Of a stretch of DNA of 64,000 nt, positions 47,801-59,878 are shown one piece after another. The DNA lies in NCBI RefSeq assembly GCF_022045235.1, contig NW_027266286.1, positions 19,840,001 to 19,904,000 on the forward strand. The letters run 5' to 3'. The notes beneath the pieces were generated by a model. That model saw nothing but the letters and a program-made list of their open reading frames with translations. It was not told where the DNA came from and searched no databases. Within the stretch, counting starts at the first letter, position 1. Each line of letters opens with the position of its first letter. The DNA is from Haliotis cracherodii. Its lineage: Eukaryota. A program made the translations under genes and the position numbers.

Positions 47801-49908
47801 ATTCATGTTGCTCTTTCGACTCAGCGAGGTAAGGCTACTGTTTATGTTGCTATTTCGACTCCGCGAGGTAGAGCTTTTATTTATGTTGCTCTTTCGACTC
47901 AGTGAGGTAAAGCTGCTATTTGTGTTGCTGTTTCGACTCAGTGAGGTAAAGCTACAATTTATGTTGCTGTTTCGACTCAGTGAGGTAAAGCTGCTATTTA
48001 TGTTGCTGTTTCGACTCAGTGAGGTAAAGCTGCTATTTGTGTTGCCGTTTCGATTCAGCGAGGTAAAGCTACTATTTATGTTGCTGTTTCTACTCAGTGA
48101 GGTAAAGCTGCTATTTGTGTTGCTGTTTCGACTCAGCGAGGTAGTGCTGCTATTTGTGTTGCTGTTTCGACTCAGCGAGGTAATGCTGCTATTTGTGTTG
48201 CTGTTTCGACTCAGCGAGGTAGTGCTTCTATTTGTGTTGCTGTTTCGACTCAGCGAGGTAGTGCTGCTATTTGTGTTGCTGTTTCGACTCAGCGAGGTAG
48301 TGCTGCTATTTGCTATTTCTGTTTCGACTCAACGAGGTAAAGCTACTATTTATGTTGCTGTTTTGACTCACAGAGGTAAAGCAACTATTTATGTTGCTCT
48401 TTCGACTCGGCGAGATAAAGCTTCTATTCATGTTGCTCTTTCGACTCAGTGAGGTAAAGCTGCTATTTGTGTTGCTGTTTCGACTCAGTGAGGTAAAGCT
48501 ACAATTTATGTTGCTGTTTCGACTCAGTGAGGTAAAGCTGCTATTTGTGTTGCTGTTTCGACTCAGTGAAGTAAAGCTGCTATTTATGTTGCTGTTTCGA
48601 CTCAGTGAGGTAAAGCTGCTATTTGTGTTGCTGTTTCGACTCAGTGAGGTAAAGCTTCTATTTATGAAGCCGTTTCGACTCAATGAGGTAAAGCTGCTAT
48701 TTATGTTGCTATATCGACTCAGCGAGGTAAAGCTACAATTTATGTTGCTGTTTCTACTCAGTGAGGTAAAGCTGCTATTTGTGTTGCGGTTTCGACTCAG
48801 CGAGGTAGTGCTGCTATTTGTGTTGCTGTTTCGACTCAGCGAGGTAATGCTGCTATTTGTGTTGCTGTTTCGACTCAGCGAGGTAGTGCTTCTATTTGTG
48901 TTGCTGTTTCGACTCAGTGAGGTAAAGCTTCTATTTATGAAGCCGTTTCGACTCAATGAGGTAAAGCTGCTATTTGTGTTGCTATATCGACTCAGCGAGG
49001 TAAAGCTACTATTTATGTTGCTGTTTCGACTCAGTGAGGTAAAGCTGCTATTTGTGTTGCCGTTTCGATTCAGCGAGGTAAAGCTACTATTTATGTTGCT
49101 GTTTCTACTCAGTGAGGTAAAGCTGCTATTTGTGTTGCTGTTTCGACTCAGCGAGGTAGTGCTGCTATTTGTGTTGCTGTTTCGACTCAGCGAGGTAGTG
49201 CTGCTATTTGCTTTTTCTGTTTCGACTCAACGAGGTAAAGCTACTATTTATGTTGCTGTTTTGACTCAGTGAGGTAAAGCAACTATTTATGTTGCTGTTT
49301 CGACTCGGCGAGATAAAGCTTCTATTCATGTTGCTCTTTCGACTCAGCGAGGTAAGGCTACTGTTTATGTTGCTATTTCGACTCCGCGAGGTAGAGCTTT
49401 TATTTATGTTGCTCTTTCGACTCAGTGAGGTAAAGCTGCTATTTGTGTTGCTGTTTCGACTCAGTGAGGTAAAGCTACAATTTATTTGCTGTTTCGACTC
49501 AGTGAGGTAAAGCTGCTCTTTGTGTTGCTGTTTCGACTCAGTGAGGTAAAGCTGCTATTTGTGTTGCTGTTTTGACTAGTGAGGTAAAGCTGCTATTTAT
49601 GTTGCTGTTTTGACTCAGTGAGGTAAAGCTGCTATTTGTGTTGCTGTTTCGACTCAGTGAGGTAAAGCTTCTATGTATGAAGCTGTTTCGACTCAGTGAG
49701 GTAAAGCTGCTATTTGTGTTGCTGTATCGACTCAGCGAGGCAAAGCTACTATTTATGTTGCTGTTTCGACTCAGTGAGACAAAGCTGCTATTTGTGTTGC
49801 TGTTTCGATTCAGCGAGGTAAAGCTACTATTTATGTTGCTGTTTCTACTCAGTGAAGTAAAGCTGCTATTTGTGTTGCTGTTTTGACTCAGAGAGGTAAT
49901 GCTGCTAT
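44848..49908. repeat. 39-bp satellite array (~130 units) with ~1.6-kb higher-order repeat
   Basis: Unit ~TTCGACTCAG(C/T)GAGGTAAAGCTGCTATTTGTGTTGCTGT, seen as a 13-aa periodicity in the ORF track. Variant blocks recur 1601 bp apart (46165/47766, 46705/48306, 46790/48391), then 1523 bp apart (49289). Confidence 0.97.
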
Positions 49909-51630
49909 ACATGATAACGTTGTGACACAGTGCGATCATGGTGTAGAAGGAATGGATATATATGTGAGGAGATTTCTTTGAAAATAATCATGATTAGAAA
50001 AGCCACGACACATAAATTGCTTTTAATACTTTTAATATCTTACCTTTTAGCATGAACAAGCACCTTGTAATAAATTGAAAGTCGGTTGCTTTTATGACAA
50101 GGCAGGAGAAACTCTTGAAAATATGTATCACGTCTGTGAAAAAATAACAGATTCAACCTAAACAAAATCCAGTTACAAATGTAAATAGAAACATGCATAT
50201 ACAAAATGACGCATAATTTTTAGATATTGCCTATTTTTTTTTATATTTTCTTTGTTAACGTGATAAACTAATGTTATAAGGGGCAATGAGTCATGATAAC
50301 CGGACTCCACCTTCTCTACAATTCCTGTAGCGTGTTTGAGTCTTTCATATGTAACTTCAGTTATTTATAAACACACGTTGTTCGTGATTGGCCCGATGCG
50401 GACCTGAAATACATCTGACGTGGAATGATGGCTGTCGCATGCACAACGATATTGATCATTGGACTGCTCTCGCTGCACGCTTGATTTTACAAAGACCATA
50501 TCCAAGTGAGTTGTTTGTCTCATACCACTTTCTCCGTGGTTGTGATAATGCCACCTAAATAACCAGATTAAATAACGTGAGATAAATATTCACCCTCGTA
50601 AACTTGTAAATTCGAGTGACTCGAGAAGCGGATACCATATCTAAAAATAGTTTGTCAACATGACTTAATACGGAGGTGTGTTGTTTATATCCAAGCACAT
50701 ACAGATATAGTCAGAGTCTGCTCAGTTTTCAAAACATGGGCTGTAGGTAGTTGTTTTCAATATGGCGTAGCTGTGACAATCATCTGCACAAAAAGAGATC
50801 ATTATAGAAAGTGTTGTCAGCGTGAACGTGTCAAATCCGAAATAAACCTCCTAGTATTTCAAATCAATTTTTTTGTCTTGGTAACAACTTGTACAAATGC
50901 GCAAATCAAAAAGACGCATTTCAGTCAAATTGATCAGTAATCAGAATATTTAATCGCGTATTAAATGGAGTCACGGGAGAATGAATGTTTGCTTGCCTTT
51001 GGATTGAAGTGACCTGAAGTGCTCATATGTCGGCGGTGATAATAGCTGTATCTCTATTCATGTAGAGCTGTACACAATAGCCTGTCGCAACCGGTTCATA
51101 CAGTCATAAGGAAGTAAATCTAACACAACGACGTTCGTGTTGTGGGCTGGTAACACCATTTATATCATTTGATTTATGTTGAAATCGTAGCATGTATGCC
51201 ATATTGATTCATTATAATGACACATGGCCTTTGGTTTTTACTGTCAACTGACATGTTTATCTCTTCAAATGTATATGTTCATGAATGGTGCAGTAACGAG
51301 TTAAAATGTCAAAATTATCATGTCATGAGGTCACGTTTCCTATTTATTGTCATACCCTGACACCTGGTGCCGTCAATGATTTTCGGTGATCCATTCATAT
51401 AATGAACATCCCTTGTTTGCCTTTACGCCATGTTATAACTTTGTTCATTTTGCCTCATAGTTATAATATCAACAACAACAGTTACCCTTGACATGCTAGA
51501 TACTAGTATCCTTATCGTGGTCTGATATAAAAACAATCAGTTCGATGTCTCCTAAATTCTCATTCTCGCATCTTCACCATGATTATTTGAACTTCAGAGG
51601 AAAGACTGGTTTCATACACCCTCGACAACA

Positions 51631-53884
51631 ATGAAGCCGAAGCAATTCCTGTACTCCTTCAAGTTATGGCATGGCATGATTAGAGTGGATGTTATGGACA
51701 AGTGCTTGCATGTGAAGTCAGTGTTCCTCATGCCTTTCCCGAACTCCGTAAAGGATACCAAGACCTTGCATGATTCCAAAGATTCTTTTGAATATTCTAA
51801 ATATGAGTTTCCATTCTCAAGAATCCATGTCTTTCCGTGTATTTGTCTCAGGGGAAACTTCGAGGCATTGGTCAGAAGAGGAGGGGAACCTCTCCAGGAC
51901 AGCATGCGGCTTGAGGCTTTAAGGCTGCGATCCTTTAATGGGGTGAATATTGAAGCCCCAGCCTTAGTCCTTGCTAGAGAAGGGTTGTATGCTACAGGAG
52001 ATGGGGACGAGACTAGATGTTTTAGCTGCGGCATCAGGCACAGGAACTGGAGACGAAGGGACAGGCCTGCCGATGTCCATCTTGAAGATTGTTGTAGGCA
52101 TACTTCAAGAAATATACCATTTGCCAACAACCCATTGCCTTCGGGGTTTGAGAATCAGCCTGTCCGAACTCACCTTGCGCTGCAAGATCATGACGTACAC
52201 CTAGTCAGTAACTCCAGAGATCCTGTTATCATCCCTGGTAGTAGTAGAGGAAACCGTGCACACATGCACCAGCCAACAGGTGATTACAGTACATTCACAG
52301 AACGTCTCTCTACATATCGAAACTGGCCACATGGAAGAGATGTTGCTTTGCCCGCCACCATTGCCAGAGCTGGTTTCTTCTACGAAGGTGAAATTTTATA
52401 TCTATATCTTGTGTCTCTCTTGTCTTATCTCATGGTTTGCCTCATGTTTTGTCTCATTATTTGTCTCATGGTTTGTCTCATAACAATCCCTTGTACCAAA
52501 TCGCTAAATGTTTCATAACATTATCAGTAACGATGGAATGTTTTAACCGGAACTACAAAAAACACTCATTTCAAATAATGTCAATACATTTTTTTTTCAT
52601 TTTCTTTCTTGGAGGTTACGCTGATACTGTCCGGTGTTACGCATGTTTGACTGCCTTGCGAGACTGGGAACCAGGAGACGATCCCTGGATAGAGCACGTA
52701 AGATGGAGGCCAAGATGTGATTTCATAGAATCTGTGAGAGGTCAAAGACGCAGACGGGAGGTTGTCACGAGCATGGACCGGGTATTGTTATATTATTAAT
52801 CTTTGAAAACATAAGATTTCACAATTTGGTTATTCGGCATCTTTCTCCATATCATTATGATTAAACAAGTCTTTATGTCACATGCAGAAAACAGTCCTAT
52901 TACATTTACCGGTTGTATTTTAAACAGGCACGTCGTGGATGCGGCCATGATTCTCCATATGGGCAAAGGGAAAATGGTAAGTTTCCTTACCTGTACATTG
53001 GATGAACGGTACATATGCATGTAAATTCCCAATGCTTAATTATTTCCGCATTCTTCACGATAGTCCAAATTAGAATAAACATAATTAAGTGACTGAGTGA
53101 GTTGGATTTTATGCCGCTTTTAGCAATGTCCCAATATCACGGCCGATTGACCTAAGGATACGAACAAGTACATGTAGTTGTGTTCAAAGTTCCTTATGAA
53201 TAATCACTGTCATGTTATATTGAATGTTTTGTGTTGAGTTTGTATCTCTGATTTTGCGCTGCAGATCCTTTGGGACTTTGTCTCGAGATGGGCTACAGCC
53301 AGCACAATATCGTGGAGGCGGCACGTATTATCGAGAGAGGTAGCAAAGTGTTTATTTGTCATTAAAACTTGAATGATGGCGTTGAACTAAGGTTGTTCGG
53401 GATTGGTTCCATGTTGAGATATTTCACAGTTCATTATCATACAAAAAGTTATATATATATCTTGCTGTCAGTCAGACAGGTACGAATTATACACATTCAG
53501 TGTAACAGCATTACTGGCTGAGAACGTTGAAACTCACAATGACATGCAGTGATGTCAGAGAGCGAGAGATAACGCCATGTACCTTTTGGCAACCAATCCG
53601 AAACTTAACTTTGAATAACGAGACTTCGTTGTCATCTTTCAGATAGAGCTGTACTTTCGCTTGAACTGCTTCTCGACAAGTTGAGGGTACTAGCGGATGG
53701 CACCTCAGTAGATTACAGCTCACCCGCTCGTGGGGGGAATTGTATTGGTTGTGGGATTCAGCCAATTGCAATAAGGTTTATTCCGTGTGACCACCGTGTA
53801 TTCTGCAACAGATGCGCTGAAGACTTCAGTAGGTGCCCCCTCAGAGAGTGTGGACGAGCTATTCAGGGCGTCAAATTGATGTAG
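51631..53884 (+). CDS. IAP-7: type-A IAP, variant BIR + canonical BIR + UBA + divergent RING (exons 51631-52387, 52615-52781, 52928-52976, 53265-53339, 53643-53884)
   Basis: BIR1 CFSC..DVHLEDCC. BIR2 GFFYEG|GYADTVRCYAC..WEPGDDPWIEHVRWRPRC. UBA-like CLEMGYSQHNI..|LSLELLLDKL. RING CIGC..PCDHRVFCNRC..CPLREC, TAG at 53882-53884. Phases are consistent. Confidence 0.85.
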
Positions 53885-54109
53885 AACATAAGCCGGTGTC
53901 ACGAAATATATTCGCCCCCAGAATAAAGTCTCCCCCCGGCGAATTTATACCGGTACAGTTCCGCCCCTCTCGAAATAAACTCTCCCCCACCCTACGAAAT
54001 AAAGTCTCCCCCCAGAATATTTCCTCCCCCGGTCGTTTTATAAATACTTGCCATGCAGTTCAATATTGGTGTTATTTTGGGTTAGGTAATGTTGTAATCT
54101 ATTTTTAGC

Positions 54110-56006
54110 CATTGATTCCATTACTTTGCATAAGTTTGAAGTTGAGATTTTGGTCGATATGATGTAGCTTGATTAGCTGGTTTATTAGGTTTAGGGATTG
54201 GTATGACTAGGGCCTGTTTCCAGGGAGTAAGATATAGTTTTAGGTGTGTTTTTTTAATTATTTGTTCAGAAGTTAGGTCTAATCCTGGGGTTGTGCCCTT
54301 TTTCCTGTTTTGGATTACGTAGAGGAGCTCCTCCATTTTGAAGGGTTGGTTTATTTCTAGATTGTTATTGTTTGGTTCTTTTGTGGGTTTGTTTTTTGTT
54401 TTAAGTTTATCTTGGAATTTTTGGCTGAAGTTGGTGCTACTGCTAACGGCCGAAAAGTGGTTGGCGAGATTATTTGCTTTTTGGGCGGGGTTGGTTGAGT
54501 TGTTAATGTTAGTTTTATATGTCGTTTTAAGCCTCTAATGGCGTGGATTTTGCGCCAGACCGTTCTGGCATCTGTACGGTTATTTATACATTCGCAGAAT
54601 TTTTTCCAGTCTCTACTTTTGGCTATTTGGACTAGTTTTTGAACCTGGTGGTTTAGTTCGTGGGCTAAGTTTAGATGTGTGTAGTCGCGTTTTGCTTTAT
54701 TGAAGGCTGATTTACGTTTTCGTCTAGTCTGTTCTATTTCCTCATTCCACCATGGTACCGTGGGTTTGCCTGATGTTTTGAAGGGGATGGAGGTTTTGGC
54801 TGCCTTTATTATATATTAGTCTGTTAGGTTTTTACAATAGGTTTCTGGGTCATTATTTTCTATTTCGTTTAAGTTAGCTTCGTTGCAGATATCTTGGGAT
54901 TGGTCCCAGTTAGCTTATTGTAATAGAATTTTGGTTCTTGGTTTTCTGTTTGGATTGGTACGTTTGTATTTACTATGGTTATGTTTATCGGGAAGTGGTC
55001 ACTACCTAGCGGGACGTCGTGCACTTCCCATTGAGTACTTTGAGATAGATCTGCGGTGCATATGGTTAGGTCGATAGCTCGACATTTTTTGGGTTATCTT
55101 ATCGTAACTCGTGGGTTGGTTGTTATTTAGGAGTACTAGGTCGTTTGTTTCTATCCATTCGGAGATTAATTTGCCATGATTATCTATTTTATCATCTATG
55201 CTCCATGTAGGATGGTGAGCGTTAAGTTTCCTAGGAATATAGTAGATTTATCGCTTATTTGAAGTAGTTTGTTTAGATCCTCAGGTTGAACTTTTTGTTC
55301 CGCCCAGTGGTATATATTTATGATGTTTATTTTTCGGTTATTTAATGTGATTTTAATGCAGTTGGCTTCTAGGTTTGGCGTGTCTATTTTTATTTCTTCG
55401 TAATTTATATCTTCCCTGATAAATATGATTAGTCCTCCTGCGGCTCTTCTTGTTTTTGGTTTAGCTCTGTCAGTTCTAACTTAGTTGTAGTTAGGTAGTG
55501 TGGATTTGGATTTTTTTGAGAATTTGGTTTCCTGGATACAAGCAATGTGAGGGCCTTTATTTAGTTTAAATTTAGTGTTTAGTTCATGGCCGCGGGAGGT
55601 GAGTCCGTTGGCGTTCCACTGAAAAATATTTAGTCCTTCCATTATTGGGTTCGGGTGATAGGTGATTTAATTTTTAGTTTTTATTTTATTCGGTGACTTC
55701 TTTTAGGTGGAGGTAAAAGAGGAAGAAGGAAAGAACGGTTAATTTTATATTGAAAGCTACTTTGTGGAAGGATTTCATGCTAGCTTTTGGTGAGTTTTGA
55801 CTATGCATGTATACTAGGAGTATTTAGGAGGTTATTTAGGTTTTGGGTGTTGGCTGGTTGGGGAGTTTTGCGGTTTAGTTATTGCTTCCTTTTTGGGGCT
55901 GAGAGGGAATGTTGGTTTGTTTTAGTTGGAGTAGTGTCTATTGTTTCCTCAGTAGTGGAGAAATCTTCATCATCGGTTAGATTAGGTTTAGCTGTTTGAG
56001 TTTCCA
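54110..56006 (-). mobile_element. Degraded non-LTR retrotransposon (I/Nimb/Jockey-group-like): ORF1 remnant, AP endonuclease and start of RT
   Basis: From the ATG at 55642: MEGLNIFQWNANGL..IACIQET..GGLIIFI..GNLNAHHPTW (APE motifs). Downstream: TPGLD..WKQALVIPIPKPNKPANQATSYRP (pre-RT motif). Contains stops and frameshifts. Confidence 0.85.
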
Positions 56007-56597
56007 TAGGACGAAAACACATTAAATGGCCTGGCCCGTGTGCGAAATACGCATCAGTCGGAATGCGCACGTTGAATCTCAAAAGTAAGTAAGTAAGTAA
56101 GTCAATAGTTGAGGGTATTGCCTAAAAGTCGGGCCAGCCGGGCCAAGACGGACTAAAGTGTTATTGGCTAATTTCTTCATTATCGGTGATCATACCTACA
56201 TATCATTGATGCAACATAGACACATGAGATTTATGAACAAGCACCAACCAAAAATGAGATGTAAGCGTCGCTGATCTAGGTAACATGTAACAGATCAATC
56301 GTTAAACGAAATAAGATTTGAAACGTATCAAATATTTCCAGCTATCCTGATACAAATTTCCATCTGTCGGCGTGGCGTTTATATTTATAGGAACGTACTA
56401 TTGCTAAGTAAATACCACTTTATAATGTCACTGTTGATCGTATTTAAAGCAGACACGTTTGTTATAGTAGACCTCTTCTCCCCATACTCTCAACTGTCTC
56501 ACAAGTGTTCGGTCCGACTTGGCCCGGGCTGTCAAGATCAACTTATACCTCACAGATGTAACATGAAATGGACTCACACCTATAGACTAGTATTATA

Positions 56598-56870
56598 TCT
56601 TACTTACTTACTTACTTTGGAGATTTAACGTGCGCTTTCCGACTGATGCGTATTTCGCACACGGGCCCGGCCAGGCCATTAAATGTGTTTCCGAAAGGGG
56701 CGAGGGTGGTCTGTGCAACCCAAGAGGGGGCTTTAGGGGTTGCTTATATAGAATTTGGGAATTTTGAGATTTGGAATAGATGCCGATAGAGTGAGAGCCT
56801 TGTTTAGATTGAGGGTGGTTTGTAATGCGGTTCGATGTGTTAGGTAGTGTGTGCAGTGGATCATTTTTAC
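56598..56870 (-). mobile_element. LINE 3' end with (TAAG)n tail
   Basis: The minus strand encodes IHCTHYLTHR..., similar to the end of a LINE ORF2 zinc knuckle, followed by a 3' UTR and TAAG repeats at 56598-56615. An inverted copy of the last ~90 bp lies at 56014-56101. Confidence 0.55.
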
Positions 56871-57099
56871 TATTTTGATGGTTGTGGTCATCAGTTATGC
56901 AAATCAGTTTCGGTGTGTCTTTTTAACAAGGTGTTCTTCATTAAGATTCACGGCCAACCCGATTGTAACAATTACATGTACACTTTGCTTTGACGATGCC
57001 GGTTGATGTTATTCAATACAGGCTGGGGTGGGGGTTTTTTAAAATCTATTCTACATGCTTATCATTTCGGGAAGATGATACACATTTCTCTCTATTTTG

Positions 57100-57371
57100 G
57101 GTTACTTTGCTTATCTAATTTCCGATTATCATTCTTAGTTTTACTTTTTCTCTTCGGCTGCGGTGATATCCATCCGAATCCAGGACCTTTGCATTGTCCA
57201 GATTTAAAGATTATATATCTAAACGTACGCAGTCTTAAAGACAAAGTAGATTTTATCAGTGCTGAATTAGATAGTTATGATGTTGTATGTTTACCAGAAA
57301 CCTGCTTGCACCATGATATTCTAGCCACTGATATTACACTGATACCATTTTCAAATCGTAGCCTGTATTAA
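57100..57371 (+). mobile_element. CR1/L2-group LINE ORF2 5' fragment with 2A-like motif
   Basis: LLFLFGCGDIHPNPGP followed by APE start motifs IIYLNVRSL and DVVCLPET. Confidence 0.7.
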
Positions 57372-58118
57372 GGAATATATTTTAGATCTTAAATCAGAGT
57401 ATAACGGACAGCCTGAGCTGGAGGCGCGCGTGGATATGTTGACAGTTTTTACGTAGTTAGTGGTAAAACCGAATGTTTGCGAGGATTAATAAGATTTCTG
57501 AATTCTGTTACAACAGTAACCGTACATGTATTTGTTACATTAAGTCATTTCATTCAAATTTGTTTGGTATGATAATGTCTTATAATTATTTTAGGATGGA
57601 AGGTACAGTTACCAAATAAAATATGCTGAAATATCAATTCATTATGACCATATTTCATAATCTATTTTTTACACGTAACCCTCCTTACATTAAAGATAAC
57701 TATTTAAAGAATATAGTACTGAAAGACATTGCAACAAACCGAATAATCAGGGGGGAGACTTTACACTGAGGGGGGCGCGAAACATATCCGCCCGGGGGAG
57801 ATTTTATTTCAGAACAGATTCTCCGGGGGAGAATCTGTACCGGTATAAACTCTCCGGGGGAGAATTTGTACGGGGGAGAGTTTATACCGGGACACCGGCA
57901 CAGTACCCATATGAACTTTTCCTTAGTTGTTGTGTTGGATATCGAATTCTTACACTGTTTGATTCAGGTAGAAAAAAATATTTTCTCAATGATATGATCT
58001 CAGAAAGAAAATATAAAATGTATACAAAACAGAAAATAGATAAGATTAAGGCGAATTTCAATGTATCCAACCCTTTTGTCCTGGAGATATGTTTAAATCA
58101 ATCCCTTTACTGTTGCCC

Positions 58119-58265
58119 CCGTGAAGATCCGGGTTACAATTGGTCTTCAGCAACCCATGCGTGTCGTAATCCTAACGGGACCGGGGTTAGACTCGCTGAT
58201 TCGGTTGATGCACGTCATCGTATCCCAATTGCTTAGATCGATGCCCATGATGTCATTCACTGGAT
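58119..58265 (+). repeat. Dispersed repeat (family 3)
   Basis: CCCGTGAAGATCCGGGTT...TCGTATCCCAATTGC is the inverted homologue of 5819-6030 and 17385-17550. Confidence 0.65.
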
Positions 58266-58439
58266 TTTATATGGATATATCAGGCAATTAGAGCTGTAAA
58301 TATGTTTCTTAAAAAATTGCGATATCGGTCTATAAATATTTTCTTCAACGAATGGCATCCCACTTTGCCGGGTAGTTCACGTTACGATATTTACTTAACT
58401 TTCAAGCAAGATCTTTCTTCAATCAGAAATTTATTTATC

Positions 58440-58615
58440 AGTACTGGCAACGGAAAGCTTCAAAAAACATTTAATTAAATATCCACTTGGTGTATTCGAC
58501 CTATTTGTAAATGAAAGAAGAAAACTGTTCATTGAAATATCGGAAAAACATTGTCCATTATGTTATATAGAGATAGAAAATGAAATCCATTTTGTGTTTG
58601 TCTATTTATAATGCA
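58440..58615 (+). mobile_element. LINE ORF2 C-terminal remnant
   Basis: CPLCYIEIENEIHFVFV at 58552-58602 resembles the CxxC-x-EDExHF zinc knuckle of L2/CR1-group elements. Confidence 0.5.
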
Positions 58616-58909
58616 TGTATCTGATACTGATTCGTGAGCCAAAATATATATTCACATTAATACAAGCAATTAACAAAGATAAATGAAATTCCCAACACTT
58701 TAATAATAAAGTAACCAAGGATTCCACTTCATTCATTCGCGTGAATACCAACGCATGTCATTTCAAATGCATCACACTACATATTTGAATCTATGGTGGA
58801 AATGGATCAAAATAAATAAAAGGAAAACTAGCATTTGTCATTTAAAAAAACAAGATGCCCATGTATATGTATATGCAATAGTATTAAAATTAATATTCAT
58901 ATTGGTGTC

Positions 58910-59072
58910 GGGGCGGTCGGGTAGCCTGGTGGTTAAAGCGTTCGCTCGTCACGCCGAAGACCTGAGTTCGATTCCCGACATCGGTACAATGTGTGAAGCC
59001 CATTTCTGGTGTCCCCCGCCGGGATATTGCTGGAATATTGCTGGCGGCGTAAAACCAGATTCAGTCAGTCAG
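58910..59072 (+). mobile_element. Full-length tRNA-derived SINE (family 1) with 13-bp TSD
   Basis: A box TAGCCTGGTGGT, B box GTTCGATTCC; TSD TCATA(T/C)TGGTGTC at 58897-58909 and 59073-59085. Confidence 0.9.
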
Positions 59073-59878
59073 TCATACTGGTGTCAGGAAGACAATGTAG
59101 GTGCGGGACATTTTTGGATAAGAAAATTCACAGTCTGTATACACAACAATACCAAATAGCTTAACGTAATAGAAGTATACAGAACACCTGTATAACTATA
59201 ACGTTTCATAAAACAAGAAACACGCACACGTTGCTCATTCGAATTCAGTACGTACATTTGAGAGAAACTGCATCCTTTCCGGAGAAAGGAATCATGTAAA
59301 TACTTAGTGTTTATTATTCTCATTTTGTTATTCTATGTTCGATTGCGTATGAAATGAAAATTTACACTCAACATTGTCAAGAAAGAAAGTGTTTATCATA
59401 TTGTTTAATTTGATGATAATTAATCGAAAGATTACAGCAATGTTCGGTTCAGCAGCATACATCGTATCGGTAATGTTAAAAAAAGAGAGCTGAAAATTTA
59501 GATAATTACCATCGTTTTTGCTACAGCATCAAATACTGTCCACATTATAATTACAACTATTCTCTACGCCTGAGGGACAAAGGCCCGATATAACAACCAC
59601 ACAACGTATATATGTGTCCAGTGTCTGCCTGTATGCCACGCTTCTCCCTTATAGCGCGGTTCACAGCTGCAGGTCACGTTGACCTGGGCGACGACCGATT
59701 ACTGAGTCAGAAATAGCACTTGGGAAATACCAGTCAGGAGTAAAACTAGAATCGACGTGTCCCGCCTTATGAAGAGACTTGCATTCTTTGTGTGCGAGCT
59801 GCGTGTTAGATGATTTATGTGGCATACACGACTTGCAAATGGACACAGCCGAACTAACCGGCAGAATTACTAGTCTGA

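Larger units (their letters stand above)
53892..57899. mobile_element. Non-autonomous TIR DNA element (unclassified) carrying nested LINE fragments
   Basis: Left end GCCGGTGTCACG and right end CGGGACACCGGC. Imperfect ~100-bp inverted ends contain repeated (A)TAAA(G/C)TCTCCCCC and TTTATACCGGTACAG units. No clear target-site duplication. Confidence 0.7.

Noticed and set aside
44777-49939. Long Leu/Phe-rich (+) and Ser/Asn-rich (-) ORFs
   Set aside because: They are translations of a 39-bp (multiple of 3) satellite, open on both strands, with frame breaks at monomer indels. There is no evidence of coding.
58910-58985. tRNA gene candidates (also 28616, 41847)
   Set aside because: A/B boxes continue into repeat bodies with simple-repeat tails and TSDs; these are SINE heads, not tRNAs.
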